A stretch of 64,000 nt of DNA, taken from contig OZ316896.1 of assembly GCA_973895155.1 (NCBI GenBank), forward strand, positions 14,067,542-14,131,541. The letters run 5' to 3'. Shown one piece after another: positions 1 through 12,661 of this stretch (its first letter is position 1; every line of letters starts with the position of its first letter). The translations under genes were made by a program, and so were the position numbers. The notes under the pieces are model-generated. The model saw only the letters and a list, made by a program, of their open reading frames with translations, had not been told where the DNA came from and searched no databases. The DNA is from Marsupella aquatica. Its lineage: Eukaryota; Plantae; Marchantiophyta.

Positions 1-329
1 ACGGAAAAAATTCCAACCAAACTCCCAATAACATTAGAGTTCAAACTATGTTGTATGGTAGTATCTATTTCTACACATCCTATTCAGGGAAACCTTTTTA
101 TTTCTTGCCAATGCAATGCGCATGGATGAATCAGGTTTACTTTTTAGTGTGCGAAATGCCTCGAGTGTTACCAAGCACTATGGTATGTTGTGCTAAATTA
201 CATTTTTTTTCCTCTTCTTGTGATACTGACAGGTTGAAAAATAAAGAAACCAAGTAACAGGTGTCATAGCCCTACCCGCCCACCCAAAGGAACCCTGGAT
301 CACCAAGAGAACAATCGTACTGTATTGGA

Positions 330-1210
330 ATTACTTATCCAGCCCTTGTTTTTTTAAAAGAGTTTTGCCAACTTCTACACTAACTATTGTCTTCTGCCAA
401 AACAAACACTCGGGCCATGCATTTCAATAGACGACAAAGGTTTCCAATAGACCCCTGCATGTTCTATTTGGAAATGTGCTTTGAGTGCAATCTTTCAATG
501 GTGCTTTTGTCTCAAATGTCCAGTTGTGCCTTTGCTGTGTCATTAGAACATCTGCTTGTCTTTCATTAAACCACAACTGCCCCTATAAAGGGCTACAGGT
601 AACCTGTAGCTCTCATTGTAAAGAGCACAGATTCAGAAATGAGCTTTGGGCTCCACAAAAGGTGCTAGTGTTCCACCTTTTATGGTGAGTAGTGAGACAT
701 GGAATGAGGCTTTTATAGTGGCAGGTGTGGTTTAAGCACTCTCCCAAACAGAGTGTTTAGGCACTTTCTTGCAACTAGTACTATTCAAGTAAAAAATATG
801 CTTTACATATGATAACAAGCTCGACTTAGCCATCTGGCAACTACAACTGCCCGGAATGGATCATTTTTGATTTGGACATTCATCCAGAATTATATTTGGG
901 GAAAATTTTGGCTACTACCCAATTGTGCCATTCAAGGAACTGGACCCTACAAGTCTCCGTCCAAGTCAGATATTTGGCTATTGGGCATCATAATTTTGCC
1001 ACTTGCCTGATGGTCCCCATCATTACCACAACAAAGACAGTCAATTTTGTGGTGGGGGAGTTTTCCAGTTGTGTCTTCCTAGGCCCCACTTTAGTGCATC
1101 CTCATCAGCCCATCACATTGGTAGTATCATGCGCCATCACCTTGATAGTGAGTAACAAGAGTAGATGGACACTTCAGTATTTGGGTTGGTGTCATCCTGT
1201 GCTGAAATGA
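330..1210 (-). pseudogene. Highly decayed TE-like coding relic with a possible SWIM zinc finger (MULE-like transposase remnant)
   Basis: Minus strand near 790-855 reads IPGSCSCQMAKSSLL..., and removing one base gives C-K-H-I-F (CxC-x(n)-CxH SWIM pattern). Many stops; boundaries approximate. Confidence 0.25.
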
Positions 1211-2577
1211 TATGCTATCACAAGCCCTATGCCCGTGCGTTGCACGACGCAATGACGGCCGGCCCATAGGGAGTTGGGCTGGGGGGCGAGAGGCAGGGGT
1301 GAGCGCATCGGGACCGAGGGGAGGTTGAAGCAGGGCGTCAGGGTGAGGCATTGCGAGCATTGATGCCCATATACGTATATCGTGAGGGGGGCCCATAATG
1401 AAGGCACAGGCGTGGGAGGCCTCGCCAGAGAGGGCAAGTGCTAATCAAACGGATACGATAATACTCTAAAATATTTAACGGCCGGTTTTGATTCGCCAAT
1501 TCTGGATTTCGTAATGGGATGAAGGACAAAAAAAGGCGGGATCACTAATTATAGTTGTAGATTATAAGTTCTAGTACATTTCAAGGTGCTCTACTTCAAG
1601 TTTTTTCACCCAAGAGTAGAATTCAGATCCATGGTAATATTGCAGTCTTATACTACAATTGGTATTTTATACCACAAAAAAACTTGACTTTTCAATATTG
1701 CTTCTGGATGTAAGAGTAACTTCCCTCACGAGTACCTTTGAGCGAAAGAGGGGATGCCAATGATTTGAAAAGAATTCAGGTTGCATAAGAGAAACCATAC
1801 CTCAGAGAAACTTCTACCATGCATCAAAGATTCCATCATTAATTCGGGTCAAGAAACAGGTACAACGAGATTTAAGGTCAAAACAGACAAAACGTTCTTG
1901 AATTTCAGAGAAATCTCAACTGGACAGACTTTTCAAGCCGAGATGTGGTGGACAGCCTCAGTGTCCCAGAATCTCTGTTCTGCATCGATAGACTCGCCCC
2001 TGGAATATATGGTCCTAGACTATGTGTTAAAGCCATGACATGGTAAGTGTGACGTGAGAAGAAGATTCATCCTCGAATTCATTGAGCACAAAATTTAATT
2101 ATGCGATCCAAGTTCCAGCTCACAGCTATCGACACAACAAGACACGACAAATATCAACAGAACTTTCTCTTCAGAGCTTCCTCATTGAAGTTCAAACGAT
2201 CTCAGAATAACTTGACTTTTCTCCAGTCGTCGACATCAAATGTAGAACAAATGAAGAGTTCGGAATCTTTTCTGCTCTTCATTGCAACACTGCTTCTGCC
2301 TTCCTACTTATTTCTCGTTAACACTGTGTTAACAACTCGAGCAGAGAAGCATAGCGCGCGAAGTAACGGAGATCATACAATCAGACAATCCGCATCTACT
2401 GTAGGTACACTGCAAAATGATCCAAACGAAAGTTTGAATGTCTTGCTCTCATGATTCGGTGCAAATGTCTAGAATGTAATGGACCAGAACTGTCGAACAT
2501 GCCAAGCTGATATCAGAACCAGGTTATGGACGCATTCAGAACACTGTTGAAGGAAGGACAGGTGCTAAGACCAAACC

Positions 2578-2943
2578 TCAAACGAAGCAGTCCCCCGGGT
2601 TAACACAATCATAAACGCATGCCTTATACCCCGCGAAACCGTCACCAGGCGCATCAAAGTCGAATTGGCCGTGGTCAGTAGTATAAGTGACATGGGTGCT
2701 GCTCACGTCGAAAGTGGCTCCAAAGCTTGAATCGCAGTTCAAGTCATAAACTTGATCGTGAGAGGGGTAGCCGTTTAAGCTGCACCTTGGGTTCGGGCCA
2801 TTGTCCCAAAGCTGTATTTGAAAATAACCATTGTTGTTGCCCACCTCTATAGCCTTGAAGTTGACGCAGCTCTCAACCGGGGCGACGAGCAGGAGAATTG
2901 TGGCAACCGAGAGCATAGCAGCGAGGAGAGCGTTGTGGTTCAT
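2578..2943 (-). CDS. Small secreted cysteine-rich protein (121 aa), unknown function
   Basis: Single-exon ATG-to-TGA ORF. Hydrophobic signal peptide MNHNALLAAMLSVATILLLVAPVES|C, six Cys in the mature part, TATAAAT about 110 nt upstream on the same strand. Confidence 0.8.
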   Translation of the reverse strand: MNHNALLAAMLSVATILLLVAPVESCVNFKAIEVGNNNGYFQIQLWDNGPNPRCSLNGYPSHDQVYDLNCDSSFGATFDVSSTHVTYTTDHGQFDFDAPGDGFAGYKACVYDCVNPGDCFV

Positions 2944-3052
2944 TGCGGCGGCTTCCTTAGCTCGATGTGGTCGGTGGTCGGAATGAAGGGTTGATCGATC
3001 AATGCACTTAGAGAAGGTCGATGAAGTATGAAGCCGAGAGAAAGATGACCAG

Positions 3053-3059
3053 ATTTATA
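3053..3059 (-). promoter_or_regulatory. Putative TATA box of the secreted-protein gene
   Basis: Plus strand ATTTATA = TATAAAT on minus, about 110 nt upstream of the ATG at 2943. Confidence 0.45.
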
Positions 3060-3178
3060 CTCTCGGGCATTCCAACTTGGCATTGCACTCGACTCTCCTT
3101 TCTTATCCCGTTTTGTTTCTTATCCCGTTTTGTCAAAATTTGAAGCTCAGTTTAGGATTCGATCCGTGCGAGAGGATG

Positions 3179-3273
3179 CACTCAAGGTACCCATACTCCT
3201 GCGATAATGTTTTCCCTATAGGAAAGGATACACTCAAGGTACCCATACTCCTGCGATAATGTTTTCCCTATAG
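3179..3273. repeat. Tandem duplication, ~52-bp period
   Basis: CACTCAAGGTACCCATACTCCTGCGATAATGTTTTCCCTATAG occurs twice in tandem. Confidence 0.9.
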
Positions 3274-3702
3274 TCTTGAAAATCTTCAGCCGGCCCAACT
3301 GGAGAGGCCGCCCGTATTGTCGGATTCGCTTGTTTTGTTGTCCTCAAAAACTTGTCTGTTTGGACAATTTTGGGTGCATCCGAAAAATAGCTCCAAATTT
3401 TTGTTGACGCCTCACAGTACACACAATCGTTCAAAGAGTGGACAGCGCGCAACGCAAACAACACTCCATTGACATCAGAAAAGAGATGGGTCATCGTAAA
3501 GCAATCAATAAGGCAGCGAAGTACTAATCACTGCGGCCGGATGACAGTGCACGACTAACTCTTGCTCTTATCTTGCCAAACAAAACATGACGGGAAGGCG
3601 AAATGTTCTCCGCCAATTGCATCCCTTGCTTATATAATTGCAATCGGCATCATTCTCGCTCTCTCTCCTTCTTTCTCTATTGAAAGTCGGACCGCAGGTC
3701 AA

Positions 3703-4110
3703 ATGTTTGGCTTGGACTGATAGTCATTTGGTGGAGCACACGACGACTTCCTAGGTGAGTAGCAGATGTTTGGCTTGGACTGATAGTCATTTGGTGGAGC
3801 ACACGACGACTTCCTAGGTGAGTAGCAGTTTTTCAACGCTTTGCTTGGGTTCTCCCGGTGAAAATGTTTGGCTTGGACTGATAGTCATTTGGTGGAGAGT
3901 TCCTAGGTGAGTAGCAAATTTTGGACTGATAGTCATTTGGTGGAGCGCTTGGACTGATAGTCATTTGGTGGAGAGTTCCTAGGTGAGTAGCAAATTTTGG
4001 ACTGATAGTCATTTGGTGGAGCGCACGACGAGTTCCTAGGTGAGTAGCAAATTTTCAAGATGAGTTCCTAGGTGAGTAGCAAATTTTCAACGCTTTGCTT
4101 GGGTTCTCAT
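3703..4110 (+). repeat. Irregular minisatellite array (63-bp base unit plus shuffled sub-units)
   Basis: Six copies of GGACTGATAGTCATTTGGTGGAG and six of CCTAGGTGAGTAGCA. The first two units start 63 bp apart (3703, 3766). Confidence 0.9.
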
Positions 4111-5149
4111 CGTTTGCAGAGTGTTGGTTGCGATATTTGGCAGAGTTTACAATGCCATGTCATAAGTGTGTGCTCTGTAAGCAGTCCCGTGTCCTGTGTG
4201 CAGATATAACTCACTGAAAGTGCGAGATCTTCCGGCTGTGGTTGCTTAGGGTCGGTGACATCCACAGATACAACAAAACTAAATTACGGGTTTGGGATAG
4301 ATGGAAGGTTTTCAAATTTCCACATTTTCGGCCAGGATGAAGAAGGGACTACTGATTTCAGAATGCTCTATTCCGACACGAGTCTGTTCTGAAGCCCGTT
4401 GTCATAAGTCAATTCGACCCAAGTATGCACTTACATCTGTGCGGTAGTATGACCATAAGTTTAAGGGAGAAACTTGTTGAAAGCGTTGACTCGTCAGCGA
4501 CCGAAGCCTACGATGATGGTAGGAGCTCCGAAATGATGTCCAAACAGACAAGCTTGCCAAATCTTCAGTCCGCACCCGGAAGCCAGGATCACCACTACAT
4601 CTCCTTGTATTGTGTCCCACCCTACTCACTACTGCCTGCAAGTCACTCCACTACTCTAGCCACCTGTTCTATACTAATGGGCTTCTGCTCCGAATTTGGC
4701 TCTTCTTCTTTCTTGCAGTCGTTCATTTGCTCCAAATGAGGCAGCTGCTCTTCATCCCCCATCTCCTACAATTTCTTCATAAACCTATTCTGGCTCTCTG
4801 TTTTCTTTGATTCTAACAAATCTCCACCTTGTGTTATCATGATTGTATTACCAAATTGAACGTCTCACAATTTCGTTCAGTTTCTACATCTAGATCAGAC
4901 GTCGTTGCTACCTTTCTCAATCTCAGTTCCTACCAAATCCCTTTAAATGCAACCTAAGCCATGTTCGATTGCTACGTCTTGATCAGATGTTGCTAGACAA
5001 GGTCAATCTCAGACTCAACTCCGACCAAACAGTACACCGTGACTAGCCTGCAGTGATGGGATCAATAGTGTCATTCAACACTACTAACTAGAAAGATAAC
5101 TTAGCTGAATGGTATAATTCAACAAATTACTGGCCAACACCGCCTACAC
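3735..5149 (+). repeat. Local duplication, copy 1 (copy 2 at 20676-22715)
   Basis: Near-identical colinear sequence in both places, e.g. CAGATACAACAAAACTAAATTACGGGTTTGGGATAGATGG and CTAGCCTGCAGTGATGGGATCAATAGTGTCATTCAACAC. ORF-track peptides 4402..4641 and 21124..21363 are paralogous. Confidence 0.92.
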
Positions 5150-5957
5150 CTTTCTGTAAGCAGATCACTTCAATCAAGAGTAAACGATGACCCTAAGTCG
5201 ACCAGCTTTTTTTGCTGTCACAGTTTCCCACCAGTATCTCTCGCCTTCGGAGTCGGGAGAATGATAAATATGAGATGCTTAAGATCCACGTAGGCAGAGT
5301 CAGACCCTGAGTAGGCAGACGAAAAAATGAGCTTCCTACTTTCCCACCAAAATCTGCATTGTACCCACTATACAGATTGCTTTCTTGCTTCGTGGTCACT
5401 GCTCAAAACTTATCAACTCCAGACATTCACAGGCACTTTCCAAGCCTTTCATTAATTGCTTTCCACTTATACCCCAAAGATTGAACCGGAAGCTCCGAAA
5501 GAAGGCACAGCCTTCCCACAGTAGGTGGATTGCACAAATTCTTGACAGCAAGTCACTATAAACGGCTTAGCAGGTGGAAAAAGGCTGATGTTTTCGTAGC
5601 CGAATGTATTGCGACAGAAAATCACGGCAGTCACGACCCAGGCGTAGTAGCTTTCGATAAACCATTCTTATCGAAAATGAACTAGTGATTCTCATCACGA
5701 TATTTCAATCCTAATGAGAGCTGTCCGCAACTAGATCATTCACCATCTCACCTCACTTAAGACTAGAACAGTAATTCTCTGAAGCTGGTTACTGTAACTG
5801 TGAACAGATCCCACCTTCCCTCAGCCAGCTTCGAGACTGTCAAATACTCAGTGGCAGGAAGGTGCTTACCGTTCAATTGAACTCAATTGTGACGGATGGC
5901 ATGTACAAGAATGGAATTTTGAAGTGGAGTCTAATGACCCAAAACTTTTGGCAGGTA

Positions 5958-8900
5958 TCAAGGCTTCCACAGCTTCATGGTATTGTCATCACTGTAAGTC
6001 GCCAGAAGATTTCGATGAGGGTGATGGGTCACACCAATAATGTCCTTCTCATGTGCCTGTCCCAGAAGAACATATCAAACACTGAATGAGAGAGAAAAAC
6101 GGATGAACCTTGAGCATATATTATTTGCGGGCTAGTTTCTCTATGATTCACAAACGAAATAGCTCTATGGAACGGTTGGACGATTGAGTCCTAGCAATTC
6201 TAGAACAACAGCAGAACAGATGGCACAACATGATAACCGCACTCAAAAGCCAAAGCCTAACAATTGCACAACCAATAAAACCAACATTAGTTATATTAAG
6301 TATGGACATCCAGACCTTCATTAGATGCTCTAGCTTTCCTGTCTGGTTGCTAAAGCAATATAAGTTCCTGCATCCGACCAAAATAACGACAACCAAGAAT
6401 ATTAGTAAACAACAAATGAAGATTTCGTATTTTTCAACTCCACTTTATGCACAACGCATTATCCATATCTAGGTGTTGGTCTACTGAAATTAATATACGT
6501 TCTCAGCAGTCTGCCAAAACCATTTTATAATGACGACATCCTCAAGATCTGTCCAGTTATGAAAGGTTTCGCTACTTTTCAGGGCCCACTAGAAGGGCCT
6601 GTTCGTATAATTGATGCCTATATTGTGCTATCATAACATTCAAAGATAAGGATCATGACGGAATCACCACTCTGAGATAAGTGACAATACCTATCTTCTC
6701 CGACACAGTAAATCCAATCGCCTTTAGGTGATACACAAGCATTCACAAAGTCTCCACCTTCCCTTTTACCAGAGGAGAAACTTTTCACGACCTGCAAAAC
6801 ATTGTCAAGCTGTTGAATAAGTCTACTCCAAAATTTTGACAGTCCTTCCTCTAGAGGACAAAAATTCAATCGATTCCCCATGCCCTGCAACGAAATCAGT
6901 CTTTCAGGCGTGCTTCAACAATTTGAAACGCTTATCTGAATTCTTCTCGTGCTACACGATACCGCCAGTTTTGTTGACTAAAAGTAACAAGGAGAGAAAT
7001 TGGAGACCCAACATATAAAGTAAGACAGAACCTGGCCTTGCAGTGTCATTATGTAGATCGATGAAGCCCGATTGCAAACTACAATCTGCTCCACATTCTT
7101 TGGGAAAAGATGCACAGAATTGACAGATGCATCCCCACCCTACGCAAATCATCAGGCTATAGTATTAGTGGGAATTACAAGTGCACGGGTATGTAAACTC
7201 GAAAGTATATCAACAGCAGAATTTGAGAACCTTGATGTGTAGCAGATAAAGAATGGAAACCAACGATTCATACTCTGAGAGGCGGAGGTGGCTTAAACGT
7301 CTGCACGCACTCAGTGGTCTTCATATCCCACACCTGCCAATGCCATGTTATATACGTGCCTGACTTCAGAACATGAGGCAGAATCTGGCAAACAGCTTAC
7401 AAGCCTGTACTATCTCGCAAGAGATCATGCAGAAGTACATTTGAAGGCTGGGATCCTCACTTTGACAGTACCATCGCTGGAGGCACTGATGACTCGGCCT
7501 CCTTCGCTTGTGAATATAGCATCATTAACATAAGATGAATGACCACGAAACTCTTTTAAAGTCTTCCCTGACTTGAGCCCATGTATTCTGGCAAAGAAGC
7601 ATATCATCAGATGTTTGCATGAAAACTATGACCACAAACCCTAGCAGTAAATGCCATCAGTTGTCATTGAGCACGTCCTGCTTCCACGATTGTAATAAGT
7701 TTAGAAGGTTGCACTGACCTTGCAGTGCCATCAAAAGATGTACTCAAAATTTGACTCCCATCTCTTGAGAAGGATAAACTTGTGATACCCTTTCCATGAG
7801 CCCGCTCAAAACGACGGAGGCACTGCCCAGTTCGTATCCTCCATACCTGCTCGAAAATGATCATGACTCCTCACTGTTCTTATTTTATAAAAGCTCAAAA
7901 GTAGCATATGATAAAACGACATCATGGTGCGAAGAGCAAAGCACCTAAGACTCTACCTTGATCTTTCCATCTTGAGAACCAGAAGCAATCATTTCCGAAT
8001 CCCTGCTGAAAGTGATGCATAATACCGCATCGTCATGCATCATAAAAGCATCCTGGAATCATAGAACATTCAAAGAACAATCAAAAGTTAACTTAGGACT
8101 GACTTCCAATCCCAGTGGTCGTAGACAAAATGATTCCATGAGACCAAGGTTCAAAATAGTAACTTATAAACGTAGCTAAAGGACTAAAACAGATTTCCAG
8201 CGGTGTGAGAATCTCTAAACAAGGTAGAAATTTTAATGCACAGTGCAGTGTGGAGACATAAATTGCAAATTGTTTTCATCCCAGTCCTTCCTAAAGGATA
8301 GGCTACGAAAACAAGGTAAGAACTGAGAGAACCGTGACGTACATCAGCCTGATATTGTAGATCTTTCTTCAACTTCCCACTGATATAGTCCCAGACCTGT
8401 TCCATAGAGATGAAATAAAAACCTAGACATCAGTATAAAATTGATTGAAAGATTCTATGCTCCCCAGAGTGGCTCAAAAAGCGTGCACTATGAGAGCAGA
8501 TCAATCAGAGCCTCAGAACATTTCAACAAAGTAAAAGTAAACCAGTGCAGGGAATTTCCTTGTTACCAACTTCTCCTCTGGCGACCAAACCCAATGCATA
8601 TGGGAAGAAAAGTTCTAGAATCAAAATCTACCTGAGCCCTTAAATAGCAACAACTCACCTCTATAAAACCATCAACTGATGACGACACAAGATACTGCCC
8701 ATCAGGAGAAAATCTTGCACATTCTGGATGGCTCTGCTTCCCGAACTGTAAACAACATTCCGGAAATGAAAATATATGCCTTTGGATCAGTTACAACTCA
8801 TAATCAACTCCCTGTATCCCTCTTACCCTGAACGAACGGAAAACGACCATACAACTGTCTCAAACGGAGAATGACTACCAGATGTCAGGCGAAGCTCATT

Positions 8901-11250
8901 GATTATAGATGTAGTTTCCAGTAAAAAAAATTTAAATCCGGGTGAAGAGCCAAACTCGGGCGCAAGGAGGGTCAAAGCAAAGTACTACAAATGACCTGTA
9001 GTAGGGCGGCTAAGTAGATACCAAGTGACGGAACTGTCAAGCATTGGAGCCAAGGTAGGTTTCGAGGCAAATGAAACGCATACCTTGATGAGGTGTCCCA
9101 GAGTGGTAGGATAAGATTCCTCCTCATCTGCCTTGACAGCCGCAGCACCTTTGAAAAGATCAAACTGAGTCCCAGGAGGCAGGAGTCCTGCATAATCAAC
9201 AAAGTTTGCCCGAATGAGGACCCTTGTTCATCTGTTTCGACACAAAATGCTTGCAGGGCCACAGAAGAGAAGCACACCTTGATGTTGTTGCCACTTGAGG
9301 GCCTGGCCAATTAAAGCCATCAGCCTTGAAGGTGGCACAACCGTAACTTCAGATGATAAGGCTGCAATTAGAAAACTTGCCAGATTCAATAAATCGCCCC
9401 TGTCAATCTGCACCAGACTGACTCTGTAATAGGAGCTCGACCTATCTTGTAAAATCTGGTATGGAAAGTCCCGAACTTTAAGAATTAGGTCACTCAAAAT
9501 AAGGAAATCAAATGGAGGAATCTGTGCCTCTAGATCCACCATACAAAGGTAAATGCTCCTCTCAAGTTTAGAATATTTATGATCAGGAGCATTACCTTCC
9601 TCGAATCTACACATTGAGACCTTTTCACAAAATTTACGCCACTTCATGATCGTAACCAAATTGAGATACAGAAGCCGTTTCAGCCCAGCATATAAAGGAG
9701 CCAAAACTACAACAAGAGACCTGAAGGCTTTTGTTAGCGAAAAGAATCCGTGCTAAGTCTTACCAACCTTGAGCTATCTGTGCTCGACGCTTCTCTTTAG
9801 ATGATTCTTGGTAAGCCTGGACAAAAGGAAATATGGCATTTGTGAAAAAGTAAACCATTACAAATGCTGTAATCACATTTCACTACCGAGTATCCTTAGT
9901 AAATACGCTTCAAAAACAAGATTAATTTTGTCATGATATTGATACCAAGCGCACAGGCCTCCGGGTTTTGATCACTAGCAAGACAAGACAATTGGCTAAA
10001 GATGCTGTGAAAGTGTAAGTTGGAAAGGCCTCTGTGCAACTTGACATAATATCTTATCAGTTCTCCACGTGCAAAAATCCTTCCAGAGTCGGTGCTTTCT
10101 TCGTTACCTCGCGCGGGTCAAAGTATGTCCGAACGAGAAGATGTTCCAGCCGTAGATAGCGCTCGGGCTGCTCCTGCTTCATAAAACCCATAGCCTGGGT
10201 TTGACGTAAGATTGCTCTTGCTGTGTCCAACTCCCTCAGCTCTATCATTTCCAGAACGATCTATTCACGACAATAAGGTGAAAAATCAGATACAGAGATT
10301 ATCCAATCCATATTCTAGCCCAGATATGTCTGGCTGCACGGTGGTGGGAAACTGCTCATCAAAGCCACCCGGAAAGTTATCTAACAAACCCGGTCGACAG
10401 TAGTGTTCCGTGACAATTGAGGTCAATTTTATGTTCGCTTTATATGATATGATGTGATCATAAAACGGTACTGTAGGTTCAGCTCTAGTTGATACGGGAG
10501 CATAAACCCTAGATGAAAATTTGGGTTACCTGCTCGTATAAGTCCTCCAATTTTTTCCGTGGAAGCTTAAGCTGGGCCACTTGAGGCAAAACTGCGTCCC
10601 AGCGCCCATTGTTGATATCTCCTACAAGTGTCTCGAGGCTGTCCACCGTGTTCAAGGACACTTGACACTCGTTCTGAAGAGTTTGAAAAGTCTGCTGCAA
10701 CGAATTCTCCTTGCAGAACTGTAGCACTATCTTGATGACACTAATGAAAATAAACAACCACAGTCTAAGTGAGTCACTGACCACCAAAATACAGAATTCG
10801 GGACGTCCACGGTGCTCTAATCACAACAAATCAATACACTTGGGAGGTACCTACGTTCATATATTCTAATTAAGATACTTGCAAGCAGTTCGTGCTCTTC
10901 GAATTCCTTGAGCTAGTTAGGCCCAAGGGCTGTCTTGCATTACAATGCAGATAGGACCGTAAAGTAAACAATGGCAAGAGAAAGACAGCATGAACGTCTT
11001 ATGCACAAAACTAACAAAATAGAGCTCTAAAGATGCCTTCCTTCAAGCTCTTGCCAGCACATGCGTGCATTGCTTTAGCCCCGTCTAGAGAGCGAAATGG
11101 AAGGAAGAGATCACGCTGAAGACAGAGAAGAGGCAATTGCATATATATAGGTAGTGAGAGTGAAAGAAAGAGAGAACGAAAGTCACAATCCCGCAAAGAA
11201 ACAGAATGCACAGCAACTTACTCGCGAGCCTCGATTTCGAGAGTGGACAT
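5958..11250 (-). CDS. SMU1: SMU1 (suppressor of mec-8 and unc-52) WD40 spliceosomal protein, ~16 coding exons
   Basis: Exon 1 (11250-11222) MSTLEIEAR. Later exons include [14 protein letters not shown]..., [106 protein letters not shown] and [16 protein letters not shown]. Last exon [32 protein letters not shown] (stop 5958-5960). GT-AG junctions seen. Confidence 0.97.
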
Positions 11251-11594
11251 GACCTCCCTCCAGTGACAGCAGCAGCAGCAGATGATTCCCCAGCAAAGTG
11301 AGGGCTCTCCCTAACAAAATTGCTGTCCGTCCGTCCGTCCGCTGGTAGAAATCGGCACAGGGGAAGAAACCGGGCGGTTTTCTTAGTTTTTGTGAGGTGC
11401 TTATTAGATCATGATAACCAGAAGTCCCGATCGCCGCAGAGATATTCAAGTGAACTGCAGAAGCCATCATTGCGGAAAATCAGTAAGTCAAATTCGAAGA
11501 TCACTGAATGCTCGAACAGCCCGTGAGCAGACAAGAGTGTTCGTAAAGCTAAAAATCAATGTGCCGAGTTCCCCAAAAATGCTTAAACCTAATG

Positions 11595-11785
11595 TAGCAG
11601 CGAACGAAACCGGGACACAGTGTGAGCACATCGAGCTAAGACTTCTTTGCGGGAGCTTGAAAAAATGCTACGACCTGGTTGCGAATGACTTGAACGAGAC
11701 AGGGTGTCAATTCACAGAGCTCAGATTGCTGCGCGGAGCTTCAACAAAATGCTTCAACCTGCTACTGCAGTTGCGAACGAGCGCT
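11595..11785. repeat. Imperfect tandem duplication (~80-bp unit) upstream of SMU1
   Basis: GAACGA..AC.GGG...GAGCT.AGA.T.CT...GGAGCTT.AA.AAAATGCT.C.ACCTG...GTTGCGAA occurs twice; also visible as a repeated peptide in ORF 11411..11797. Confidence 0.6.
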
Positions 11786-11924
11786 CCCAAAGAGTGATGG
11801 GAGAAGGAGCGAACCTCACAACGAGACGTGACTGTCCTCCACCACCACTGCAACGAGAGAACCGGTTAGCTCAGTTCAGTTGGCTACGCGATGAGCCCCA
11901 AACGGAGAAGTCGCAGAAACCGGT

Positions 11925-11995
11925 TGGCTTTAGTTCAGTTGGCCAGGGGATCAGCCCTTAAGTTAAGTGAGAGGTCCCACGTTCAATTCTCTCAC
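11925..11995 (+). mobile_element. tRNA-like SINE head (degenerate)
   Basis: A-box-like TAGTTCAGTTGG and B-box-like GTTCAATTC. Similar to the reverse complement of 30965-31032. Does not fold into a full cloverleaf. Confidence 0.45.
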
Positions 11996-12084
11996 ACTTA
12001 AATTGTTGTGGGGAAGAGAGGAGGTCACTCGTTCGTGTGTAAACTTTTCTAGTAGGTGTCACCATTTTCATAACAATGTGCTCA

Positions 12085-12300
12085 AAAAGTTTTGCCCCAT
12101 AATCTTTTTCCAGACTGGTATGAAGTATGATAATGAGTATGATAATGGGTTTGGGTTGCAGTTACTAGTTACTCTCTGCAACCCTGTTCCCACAAATCTC
12201 AGAAAAACTTATCTCAGAAAAGCTTCCCGGTTGCCGCCAATCAGCATTTTCTCACTTTCTGGTCACAGGGTTACAGGGTTACAGACCAGTAACCAATCCA
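12085..12300 (+). repeat. Dispersed non-autonomous repeat family (other copies ~12420-12520 and, inverted, ~49400-49565 and ~49880-50065)
   Basis: Shared blocks CTCACTTTCTGGTCACAGGGTTA and GTTCCCACAAA.CTCAGAAAA. ORF-track peptides 11967..12329 and 49732..50073 are similar (CP.IFF.TG.KYDNE). Confidence 0.75.
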
Positions 12301-12661
12301 TCATTTCCCTATACGCACATCGCATGTGAGTGGAGGTTCCGTGAAGCTGCGCTTTAATGCAAGGAGTTTGGGTATAGGATAAGTTGGACTAGGTTGGGTT
12401 CCTTCACTGAAGAGCTTTTTTTCACTTTCTGGTCATGGGATTCAGTCTACTAAGCCTCTACCCAGACTGTCATTATCGCACTGAAATTCAGTCTACTAAC
12501 CCTCTACCCGGACTGTCATCATAATATGGAATTCAATATGTAATAAAGTTAACCATCATGACTTTCTGGGCAATAGATTATGGAAATAATTGGGACACCC
12601 ATAAATGCTTGCACACCAGTGATTCTCTAATTTCTAAGTTAGGGAAATCCAATATATTGAA

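Noticed and set aside
3703-4110. CRISPR-like appearance of recurring ~23-nt motifs
   Set aside because: Intervening sequences are themselves repeated (no unique spacers), there are no cas genes, and the context is eukaryotic.
11925-11995. Possible tRNA gene
   Set aside because: Has A/B-box-like motifs but no acceptor stem or consistent cloverleaf; treated as SINE-like.
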